A stretch of 64,000 bases of DNA from Methanosarcinales archaeon (GTDB lineage Archaea > Halobacteriota > UBA148 > JAUWXC01), in NCBI GenBank assembly GCA_026016205.1, contig CP061209.1:634330-698329 (forward strand). Direction: 5' to 3'. A program made the translations under genes and the position numbers. Shown here piece by piece: positions 40,465 to 48,615 of this stretch. Below the pieces are notes generated by a model, which was given only the letters and a program-made list of their open reading frames with translations, was not told where the DNA came from and searched no databases. Numbering within the stretch: position 1 is the first letter of the stretch; each line of letters begins with the position of its first letter.

Positions 40465-41955
40465 ATGGAAGAAATAGCTATATCAATCTTGCCTGTTATA
40501 GCAGTATTTTTGCCCCTGTTGAGCACACCGCTGGTGTTTTTTGCGAGAGAGGCAATTTCCGAGGATTTTAGGGATTATTTTGCAATAGGGGTAAGTGTGA
40601 TAGCCTTCTTGGCTGTCATGGCAATGATTCCCACCCTGATGGGCGGCAAAATAATTGAATACCTACTCATCTCTAAAGACATAACTCCGGTCGAGGTCGC
40701 ATTTAGGGTAGACCATCTTAGTTTGATAATGGCGATATTCGCCTCCTTTGTCTGGATGGTAGCTACGATTTACTCGAGGGAATATATGGATCAGGAGCAT
40801 GCGAAGGATAGATACTACGCGTTCATGATGCTAACCCTCGGCGCTACATTGGGCATTGTGCTTACAAAGAATTTGTTCGCGTTGTACATATTCTTTGAGA
40901 TGATGGCGTTGTCGTCGTATGTGCTCGTTATACATGAGGAGACCAATGAAGCGCTATCGGCGGGCAAAAAATATCTGTTCATTTCCATCGGATTTGGGCT
41001 TTTCCTCTTGCTATCGATACTCGTAACGTATATGATAGCGGGCACGCTGGATCTAACTCAAATCGGCATTCTGCCACATGAAGGCGCATCAAAATTGGCA
41101 TATGGTATCCTTTTCTTTACGTTTATAGCTGGCTTTGGCGCAAAGGCTGGTATGTTTCCCGTACATGTATGGCTTCCTGATGCACATCCAGTCGCACCCT
41201 CGCCTGCGTCTGCACTACTTTCCGGCGTGATGATCGAGAGCGGCGCATATGGCATTATTAGGGTGATCTACAATGTATTCGGTCCCGAACTCGTGTCTGA
41301 AATAGGAGTTCATATAATACTGGCAATTCTCGCTGGAATATCGATATTCCTAGGCAGTGCAGTAGCGATTTCTCAAAAGGAGATAAAGAGGATGCTTGCG
41401 TATTCGAGCATAAGCCAGATAGGCTATCCACTCCTCGGCGCTGCGCTGCTAACTCCCAGTGGACTGGAGGGTGCCATCTTTCATCTCTTTAACCATGCAT
41501 TCATGAAGGGGTGCCTCTTTCTCTGCGCCGGTGCCATCATCCATCAAACCGGGCTCAGAAACATCGACGATTTTGGTGAGTTGGGCCAGAAGATGCCGGT
41601 TACGATGTTATGTTTCACAATAGCAGCACTTTCAATGATAGGCGTTCCTCCTCTGAACGGTTTTGTCAGCAAGTGGATACTTTGTCTCGGTGCACTCGAA
41701 GCAGGCAATATCGTCCTTATGTTGTTCGTAGCAGTGCTATTGTTGAGCAGTCTGATGAACGCCATCTATTATATGCCAGTCATCATCAAGGCGTTCTTTG
41801 GTCCTAGGTCCAAGAAGCCGGTGAAAAAAGTCGATCCTAGACCGAGCATGTTAATACCAATTATCGCTCTTGCACTTGGTTGTATAATATTCGGAATATT
41901 CGCAAATCTACCGCTGTCAATCATAGAGTTAGCGGTTCACGCACTACTTGGATAG
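40465..41955 (+). CDS. mrpD: Antiporter-like subunit MrpD/NuoM family, copy 2
   Basis: GAKAGMFPVHVWLPDAHPVAPSPASALLSG and KRMLAYSSISQ. ATG at 40465 is preceded by gaaggtg; the track GTG is at 40459. Confidence 0.85.
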   Translation: MEEIAISILPVIAVFLPLLSTPLVFFAREAISEDFRDYFAIGVSVIAFLAVMAMIPTLMGGKIIEYLLISKDITPVEVAFRVDHLSLIMAIFASFVWMVATIYSREYMDQEHAKDRYYAFMMLTLGATLGIVLTKNLFALYIFFEMMALSSYVLVIHEETNEALSAGKKYLFISIGFGLFLLLSILVTYMIAGTLDLTQIGILPHEGASKLAYGILFFTFIAGFGAKAGMFPVHVWLPDAHPVAPSPASALLSGVMIESGAYGIIRVIYNVFGPELVSEIGVHIILAILAGISIFLGSAVAISQKEIKRMLAYSSISQIGYPLLGAALLTPSGLEGAIFHLFNHAFMKGCLFLCAGAIIHQTGLRNIDDFGELGQKMPVTMLCFTIAALSMIGVPPLNGFVSKWILCLGALEAGNIVLMLFVAVLLLSSLMNAIYYMPVIIKAFFGPRSKKPVKKVDPRPSMLIPIIALALGCIIFGIFANLPLSIIELAVHALLG

Positions 41956-41967
41956 AGGAGAAAAACA

Positions 41968-43461
41968 ATGGAGCCAGTATACTCGATAAGACCAGCCCTT
42001 GCAATTGCCATTTCGCTGACTTGTGCAGGGTTGATCGGTCTCACGGGCAAAAGGCATAGGAACTTTAGAGAATTCTGGACTCTTTCCGCAGCTGTATCCA
42101 AATATATTATAGTTATATCAATGTTCCCCCTTGTTTATCATGGCGGCGAATACATATTCTCCACGTTTGAAATCATACCCGGTGTTGGTTTTGATTTGAG
42201 GGTCGATGCCTTCAGCATGTTCTTTTCATTTTTGTCATCCTTCCTGTGGATCGTGACATCGGTATATTCGATAGGCTATATGAGGTCGCTCCATGAGCAC
42301 TCACAAACTAGGTATTACTTATCGTTTGCCGTGTGTGTAGCATCTACCATCGGCATAGCCTTTGCAGACAACCTGTTCACCTTATTCATATTCTATGAAA
42401 TGTTGACTATAGCGACGTATCCTCTGATTATCCATGAGGAAACGCCAGAGGCGATGGCTGCCGGCAGGAAGTATCTGATATATCTTTTGGGTGCAAGTCT
42501 ATTCATCCTGCTCGGAATGGTCATAACATACTCCTTAACTGGAACTCTCACCTTTTCTAATAGTGGCATATTAGCTGGTCATGGCACACCTGAGACGTTG
42601 AAGACACTGTTTGTACTCTTTGTCATCGGTTTTGGTACGAAGGCTGCCATTATGCCGCTTCACGGCTGGCTACCAAGTGCCATGGTGGCACCTACGCCAG
42701 TCAGCGCCTTGCTACATGCTGTAGCGGTCGTAAAGGCAGGCGTTTTTGGACTCATACGGGTGATATATTTCATTTATGGCACGGATCTCATGAGGGAGCT
42801 TGGTCTTGGTTTGCCCCTTGCCATCGCGGCATCAATCACAATCATCGTAGCGTCGCTGTTTGCGCTGGCGCAGGACAATCTCAAGTTAAGGTTAGCGTAT
42901 TCTACAGTGAGCCAGTTATCCTACATCATCTTGGGTGTTGCACTGCTGACACCAAGCGCTGCCACTGGAGGAATAATACACATTGCAAACCAGGCATTCA
43001 TGAAGATAACGCTGTTCTTCTGTGCTGGTGCGATTTTCGTCCAGACCGGCAAAAAGAACATCAGCGAGATGCACGGCATTGGAAAGACTATGCCCCTCAC
43101 GATGATATGCTTCGCGATATGTGCCATGGGTATGGCTGGCGTTCCGCCAATGGCCGGATTCATAACCAAATGGTATTTGTGTTTAGGGGCCTTGGAAGCA
43201 GGACAACCAATATTCGTAGCCGTGCTATTAACGAGTGCGTTGCTGAACATAGCCTACTTCTTCCCTCCCATCTATAATGCATTCTTTATGGAGCCGGAAA
43301 AGGGAGCCAAGAAGGATAACGACCCTACCTGGTGGCTATTGCTGCCCATCGTGCTATGTGCGCTGGCATCCATATTCTTAGGGTTAATACCGAGAGCGCC
43401 ATTTACACCCCTCAGGCTAGCGTCGGTCGTAGTTGAACAGATCATGGGAGGTCTGTTATGA
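41968..43461 (+). CDS. mrpD: Antiporter-like subunit MrpD/NuoM family, copy 3
   Basis: GTKAAIMPLHGWLPSAMVAPTPVSALLHA and LRLAYSTVSQ. Confidence 0.85.
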   Translation: MEPVYSIRPALAIAISLTCAGLIGLTGKRHRNFREFWTLSAAVSKYIIVISMFPLVYHGGEYIFSTFEIIPGVGFDLRVDAFSMFFSFLSSFLWIVTSVYSIGYMRSLHEHSQTRYYLSFAVCVASTIGIAFADNLFTLFIFYEMLTIATYPLIIHEETPEAMAAGRKYLIYLLGASLFILLGMVITYSLTGTLTFSNSGILAGHGTPETLKTLFVLFVIGFGTKAAIMPLHGWLPSAMVAPTPVSALLHAVAVVKAGVFGLIRVIYFIYGTDLMRELGLGLPLAIAASITIIVASLFALAQDNLKLRLAYSTVSQLSYIILGVALLTPSAATGGIIHIANQAFMKITLFFCAGAIFVQTGKKNISEMHGIGKTMPLTMICFAICAMGMAGVPPMAGFITKWYLCLGALEAGQPIFVAVLLTSALLNIAYFFPPIYNAFFMEPEKGAKKDNDPTWWLLLPIVLCALASIFLGLIPRAPFTPLRLASVVVEQIMGGLL

Positions 43462-45956
43462 GCGATATATCTCACGAAGTTGCTCACGGGATGGTGGAAG
43501 CGGCGCATCTGCATATATCATCGGTTCCAGTGTGGGCAATAGCAGTTCCATTGATTGGTGCTATTCTAGCATACGTCATCGGGAGGCGGTCAGAGAGGGC
43601 AAGGGATGTTTTAGCGGTAGCGATAACCATACTCACCTTTGGCTTAGTGGCCTCTATGTGCCCCGTCATGCTGTCTGGAGGTAAAATCGCATACACACTT
43701 CACTCACCTTTCACCCTATACGAACCCACATTTGTAGTGGATCCTTTTGCCTTCTTGATTGCCCTGGTTACATCCTTCGTCTGGATGCTTGCCACAATCT
43801 ATGCATTGAGTTACATGACTCATGAGCATGCCAGAAACAGATTTTACCTATTCTCATTGCTCTCCTTGGCGGTTGACCTTGGAGTTCTCCTGGCTGGCGA
43901 CTTGTTCACCATGTATATCTTCTTTGAATTACTGGCGATATTCTCTTATGTGCTGGTTATCCATGTGGAAATGCCAGAGGCGATGGCTGCCGGCAGGAAG
44001 TATTTATTTATAGGGATCACGGGGGGGCTATGCCTTTTGGCGGCTATTTTCCTGTTGTACCATTATTCTGGAACACTCGAAATCACCTCACTTGCCCAAG
44101 CACTAGAAGGAATAGGATACCTGAGGTACCTAATCTGCGCGTTAATGCTCATAGGTTTTGGCGCAAAGGCTGGTATGTTTCCCGTACATGTATGGCTTCC
44201 TGATGCACATCCAGTCGCGCCAACCCCAGCGTCTGCACTACTTTCCGGTGTAATGATTAAAGCGGGTGCGTATGGCATCTTCAGGACTGTTAATATGATA
44301 TTTACGCCACCTGCTGAAGTGGCAGAACACGGTGCAACCGTCATTGAACATGCTGCAACCTGGGCTACGGCCACTAACATAGGATATGTGGTGATATGGA
44401 TAGGGATAATCACGATGTTTTTTGCTGTCATTCTGGCTTTAATGCAGGAAAACTCAAAAAGGATGTTGGCATATCACAGCATCAGCCAGATGGGCTATAT
44501 CATAATGGGGGCTGGATGCGCTGCCTATCTTGGGGCTGATGGAGCACTGGGCCTTGCTGGAGGGCTATACCATATTATAAACCATGCCCTGTTCAAATCG
44601 TGCCTGTTCTTAACCGTAGGAGCTGTGTATTATCGAACGAACGAGTTAAATATGTACAAACTGGGCGGACTATGGAGGGAAATGCCATTCACGGCATTAG
44701 CCATGTTCGTTGCAGTCATGGGCATATCTGGAGTACCAGGATTTAATGGATTTGTGAGCAAGTCCCTGTTACATCATGCCATCGTTGAGTCCTATCATCA
44801 CCATGGCGATCCTTTGTTGGGCTTTGCAGAGATTATATTTGTAGTAACTGCTGGTGGCACTTTTGCCTCGAACATAAAAATGTTCATATTCACTTTTCTG
44901 GGCAAGAAACCAGATAATATCAAGAAAATAGGGAAAGTAGAACCAGCCCCACTGCCGATGAAGATTGCAATGGGCGCCTTGGTAGCATCGATTATTCTAA
45001 TAGGCATAATGCCCAATCTGCTGTTGAGTATAGTAGTTCCTGCTACAGGTCTTCATGCTTTCTCTTTGCATGGGATAGAGCATCTGGCAGAATACATGAC
45101 TCATCCTCTCCACTTCTTTACAGCAGAGGGTGTGCTGGTTGCAAGCACAGAATTGATGATAGGCGGCATCATATTCGTAACGGGTATACGCTTTGGGTGG
45201 TTCCACTGGGAGCACAAGATTCCGCGCTGGTTTGGTGTTGATTATTGGTATGGACAACTTGCCGATAAATTTCTATGGCTCTGCAAGAAACCGTTCACAG
45301 CATTCGACGCAGAGGTAGATAAAGCGTATCTAGCAGCAGCTAATGGCTTCCTCGGAATTGTGGAACCTTCTACCAAGCTTGATGAGGATATAAATAAGGC
45401 CTATGTAAAGGGCGCTAAAAAATTCCTCAAACTTGCAGGACCTGCTACGAAACTTGACAAGGATGTGGACAGGGCATATGTAAAGGGTGCTAAAGGATTC
45501 GTTGACTTTGCAAAAGGGCCTGCTACGAGGTTTGACAAGGGGGTGGATAAAGGTTATGTAAAGGGCGCAAAAGGAGCCGTCGCATTAGCCAGAAGGCCTG
45601 TTGCAAGAGCCAGAAGAGTGCACTTTACAGGGACGTACGACAAACTCACCACATTTGGCGCAGACCCAATTCCGACAATTGTAGTCCTCGTCTCCAACTG
45701 GTTTATGCAGATAAGCATGGCGCTCGTCGGGATTGTTGCGTATCCTTACGCTTTTGTTAACTATATCCTGGACTTAATAAGCAAAAAGTCTGGAGAGCCC
45801 ATCACGAGCATTAGCGAAAAAACACGCCAATTTAGGGAAACATATAAACCGACCATGCCCCATGTCGAGAGCATTGGATTTGCATTATTCATAGTGGCGG
45901 TCATGCTCACGATATATATCATATACATCGCGCTGGAATACTTCCTCCACTTTTAG
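43458..45956 (+). CDS. MrpA/NuoL-like antiporter subunit (832 aa) with a repeat-containing C-terminal arm and two terminal TM helices
   Basis: The N-terminal ~560 aa is antiporter-like (GAKAGMFPVHVWLPDAHPVAPTPASALLSG, KRMLAYHSISQ). Residues ~612-713 are four tandem 25-26-aa repeats, followed by two hydrophobic helices. Confidence 0.8.
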   Translation: MSDISHEVAHGMVEAAHLHISSVPVWAIAVPLIGAILAYVIGRRSERARDVLAVAITILTFGLVASMCPVMLSGGKIAYTLHSPFTLYEPTFVVDPFAFLIALVTSFVWMLATIYALSYMTHEHARNRFYLFSLLSLAVDLGVLLAGDLFTMYIFFELLAIFSYVLVIHVEMPEAMAAGRKYLFIGITGGLCLLAAIFLLYHYSGTLEITSLAQALEGIGYLRYLICALMLIGFGAKAGMFPVHVWLPDAHPVAPTPASALLSGVMIKAGAYGIFRTVNMIFTPPAEVAEHGATVIEHAATWATATNIGYVVIWIGIITMFFAVILALMQENSKRMLAYHSISQMGYIIMGAGCAAYLGADGALGLAGGLYHIINHALFKSCLFLTVGAVYYRTNELNMYKLGGLWREMPFTALAMFVAVMGISGVPGFNGFVSKSLLHHAIVESYHHHGDPLLGFAEIIFVVTAGGTFASNIKMFIFTFLGKKPDNIKKIGKVEPAPLPMKIAMGALVASIILIGIMPNLLLSIVVPATGLHAFSLHGIEHLAEYMTHPLHFFTAEGVLVASTELMIGGIIFVTGIRFGWFHWEHKIPRWFGVDYWYGQLADKFLWLCKKPFTAFDAEVDKAYLAAANGFLGIVEPSTKLDEDINKAYVKGAKKFLKLAGPATKLDKDVDRAYVKGAKGFVDFAKGPATRFDKGVDKGYVKGAKGAVALARRPVARARRVHFTGTYDKLTTFGADPIPTIVVLVSNWFMQISMALVGIVAYPYAFVNYILDLISKKSGEPITSISEKTRQFRETYKPTMPHVESIGFALFIVAVMLTIYIIYIALEYFLHF
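45291..45615 (+). repeat. In-frame tandem repeat, four units of 75/75/78/78 nt plus a degenerate fifth, inside the MrpA-like gene
   Basis: Units start at 45291, 45366, 45441 and 45519 (partial fifth at 45597). Example: cctgctacgaaacttgacaaggatgtggacagggcatatgtaaagggtgctaaa vs cctgctacgaggtttgacaagggggtggataaaggttatgtaaagggcgcaaaa. Confidence 0.9.
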
Positions 45957-46111
45957 ATGACGCCTAACACGTGCAGGAGAAGCATGATAGCGCCGATTAT
46001 TATGCCTAATACTGCACAGATTTGTCCCACTAAAAAAAGCAGGTAGATCTTAGCTCGCATCTCCGGCTTTTTAAGAAGGTCCTTCAACCACTCGTCATTC
46101 AAGTCAAACAT
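45953..46111 (-). CDS. Candidate small membrane protein (52 aa)
   Basis: ORF below the track cut-off: MFDLNDEWLKDLLKKPEMRAKIYLLFLVGQICAVLGIIIGAIMLLLHVLGVI. It starts 5 nt after the stop of the 130-aa membrane ORF upstream on the same strand. Confidence 0.3.
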   Translation of the reverse strand: MFDLNDEWLKDLLKKPEMRAKIYLLFLVGQICAVLGIIIGAIMLLLHVLGVI

Positions 46112-46116
46112 CCCAC

Positions 46117-46509
46117 TTAATGATGAGCATGTCTGCCCTCTACTGCATAAAACACCAGGAAAGCTGTCGCGACCATCATCACGACAAATGTTATGTATCC
46201 AATTACAGATGGCAAGTGCTCCATATATTCCGCTACTGCTTTTCCCCTAAGGATAAGAATGGCAATTGCGGCTATGATGGTGATTAGAATTGTAAATTCG
46301 ATGTCCTCTGCTTTGCCGGCATGTCTCGCATAAGCTGCCAGTAGCACTATGGTCACCAGCAGCGCTGCCCAGAAGGCCCAGTATAGCAGATGTAAAATCG
46401 TGGATGATATAGGTGGTCCCTGATGTACCTCATGCGAAACCTCAGCGGCAGCAAAGATAACTGGCGAGAATATATTAAAAACTGTAATAGTGGATAATAT
46501 CTTCATCAC
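46117..46509 (-). CDS. Hypothetical membrane protein with an N-terminal signal-like segment and a His-rich C-terminus
   Basis: 130 aa with 3-4 hydrophobic helices; no motif recognised. Confidence 0.45.
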   Translation of the reverse strand: MMKILSTITVFNIFSPVIFAAAEVSHEVHQGPPISSTILHLLYWAFWAALLVTIVLLAAYARHAGKAEDIEFTILITIIAAIAILILRGKAVAEYMEHLPSVIGYITFVVMMVATAFLVFYAVEGRHAHH

Positions 46510-46547
46510 CTTCTTTTTTAAAATGATATTGCTCTCTTTTACTATTT

Positions 46548-47147
46548 CTATATTTCTTCCAGCAATGCCTTGATTCTCTTTCTCCTGAAAAAATCTTCCC
46601 GCTCCAGTTCTTCAAGATGCATCTCAATGTAACTTTGCGTTGCGCTGAGCTTGGGTATGAATATGTTCTCCAGCGCGTTGACCCTCCTTTTGGTCTTCTC
46701 TACCTCTTGGGCCAGCATTCTTATTGCGCCATCGCTCTCTGCCAGTTTGAGCACGTGCTTCAATACTTCTTCAAAGTAACTCGCTGCCTCGTCTAACTTT
46801 GCTGACGTGCCAGCGTAACCATATCCTCTTTCTTTACCCGCCTGAAGGGACACTTCCTCTATGATGGGGATCTTTGCACCCATTATACTCTTGGTGTCAA
46901 CTTCCACATCGGCCATCTCTGCAACTGAATAGGATGCATCCTCTACACCAGAGCGCCCCATTATCATTTGCGCCTCTGCCAAGGATTCATATGCCCCTTT
47001 GACTTTCACCCCTAACCCGCTCCTGAGGTCTCTGCGTGCATCTATCAACTTGAAGAATTCCATGACCAGTGCATCCCGCTTCTCCTCCAGCAGATTATGC
47101 CCTTTCTCAGCCAACGTTCGCCTTTTCCTTAATTTTAAAAGCTCCAT
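46548..47147 (-). CDS. atpD: A-type ATP synthase subunit D
   Basis: LAEKGHNLLEEKRDAL and the C-terminal LEELEREDFFRRKRIK. The true start may lie upstream of the first ATG (see findings). Confidence 0.85.
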   Translation of the reverse strand: MELLKLRKRRTLAEKGHNLLEEKRDALVMEFFKLIDARRDLRSGLGVKVKGAYESLAEAQMIMGRSGVEDASYSVAEMADVEVDTKSIMGAKIPIIEEVSLQAGKERGYGYAGTSAKLDEAASYFEEVLKHVLKLAESDGAIRMLAQEVEKTKRRVNALENIFIPKLSATQSYIEMHLEELEREDFFRRKRIKALLEEI

Positions 47148-47211
47148 CCGAGTCGGTCTGACTCCGCTGAGAATCTCCCTAGCCAGTTTTATCCACTCCT
47201 CTATACTTCAT

Positions 47212-48615
47212 TTAAACTTTCGTATATTTAGGATGATACTTTTTGATACATTCTGGGTCGATTCTCTTTAACTCGGATTCTGGAAGCATTGATAACAGAT
47301 TCCAAGCAATTTCAAGCGTTCTCTCAATCGATCTGTCTTCATCGATAGCCTGGTTCATGAACTCCCCTTCAAAGCGGTCAGAGAATGCCAGATAGGTTCT
47401 ATCAAGCTCGGTCAAAGCCTCCTCCCCTACGACTGCGACCAAATCCCGTAATTTTCGCCCCTCGGCGTATGCAGAATAAAGTTGGTCGTTTACATCAGCA
47501 TGGTCCTCTCTGGTTCGACCTTCGCCAATTCCGCCCTGCATCAACCGCGATAGGCACGGAAGAACATCGACTGGAGGATATATGCCTTTTCTACTAAACT
47601 CCCTGGACAGCACGATTTGTCCCTCTGTGATGTAACCTGTTAGGTCAGGGATTGGATGCGTTATGTCGTCGTCTGGCATCGTCAGCATCGGCATCTGAGT
47701 GATTGACCCTTTCTTTTCTTTTATTCTGCCGGCCCTTTCATAGATTGATGCAAGGTCAGTATACATGTAGCCGGGATATCCCCTTCGCCCTGGCACCTCT
47801 TCCCTAGCGGCTGCTATTTCCCTGAGCGCTTCACAGTAATTGGTCAGGTTGGTCAAAATGACGAGTATATGCATATCCTTCTCAAATGCAAGGTATTCTG
47901 CCGTAGTCAATCCCAACCTTGGAGTAATAATCCTCTCTATAGCAGGGTCGTCAGCAAGATTGAGGAACAGCACTGCTTTTTCTAAGGCACCTGTCCTCTC
48001 AAAGTCCCTGATGAAGAAACTCGCCTCTTCATGGGTAATTCCCATGGCAACAAACACGACTGCAAACTCCTCTTTTTTCCCCCGAACTTTTGCTTGTCTG
48101 GCTATTTGTGCTGCCAGTTCATTATGGGGCAATCCTGCACCGGAGAATATGGGGAGTTTCTGGCCCCTGACAAGCGTGTTCATGCCATCGATAGTTGAAA
48201 TACCTGTTTCGATAAAATCTCGCGGGAATTCCCTTGCACACGGATTAATTGGGGCACCATGTATATCTAGCACCTTTTCCGGGATGATAGGAGGGCCGCC
48301 ATCGATTGGCGTTCCGGTGCCGTTGAATACCCTTCCCAGCATCTCTACTGACACCGGGATCTTCATGGTTTCGCCAGTGAACCTGACTGCTGTTGTATCT
48401 GTATCCAGGTCATGCGTGCCTTCGAATACCTGTACGATTGCTTTGTTGGTCTGGGCTTCGAGCACCTGTCCTCTCCTTCTTTCGCCAGAGGGGGTCTTAA
48501 TCTCTACTACCTCTCCATACGCCACACCTGAAACGTTATCTACGACCATCAGCGGTCCACTTACCTCTGTTACAGTCGTATACTCCTTGCTTTTTGATAT
48601 CGCCATCTTGGTCAT
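47212..48615 (-). CDS. atpB: A-type ATP synthase subunit B
   Basis: 467 aa; the non-catalytic B-subunit pattern [25 protein letters not shown] and [15 protein letters not shown]. Confidence 0.95.
   Translation of the reverse strand: MTKMAISKSKEYTTVTEVSGPLMVVDNVSGVAYGEVVEIKTPSGERRRGQVLEAQTNKAIVQVFEGTHDLDTDTTAVRFTGETMKIPVSVEMLGRVFNGTGTPIDGGPPIIPEKVLDIHGAPINPCAREFPRDFIETGISTIDGMNTLVRGQKLPIFSGAGLPHNELAAQIARQAKVRGKKEEFAVVFVAMGITHEEASFFIRDFERTGALEKAVLFLNLADDPAIERIITPRLGLTTAEYLAFEKDMHILVILTNLTNYCEALREIAAAREEVPGRRGYPGYMYTDLASIYERAGRIKEKKGSITQMPMLTMPDDDITHPIPDLTGYITEGQIVLSREFSRKGIYPPVDVLPCLSRLMQGGIGEGRTREDHADVNDQLYSAYAEGRKLRDLVAVVGEEALTELDRTYLAFSDRFEGEFMNQAIDEDRSIERTLEIAWNLLSMLPESELKRIDPECIKKYHPKYTKV

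Noticed and set aside
45291-45615. Possible CRISPR-like or non-coding tandem array
   Set aside because: The units are contiguous with no spacers. They are codon-aligned, keep the MrpA-like reading frame open, and encode a repeated peptide. This is a coding tandem repeat, not a CRISPR array.
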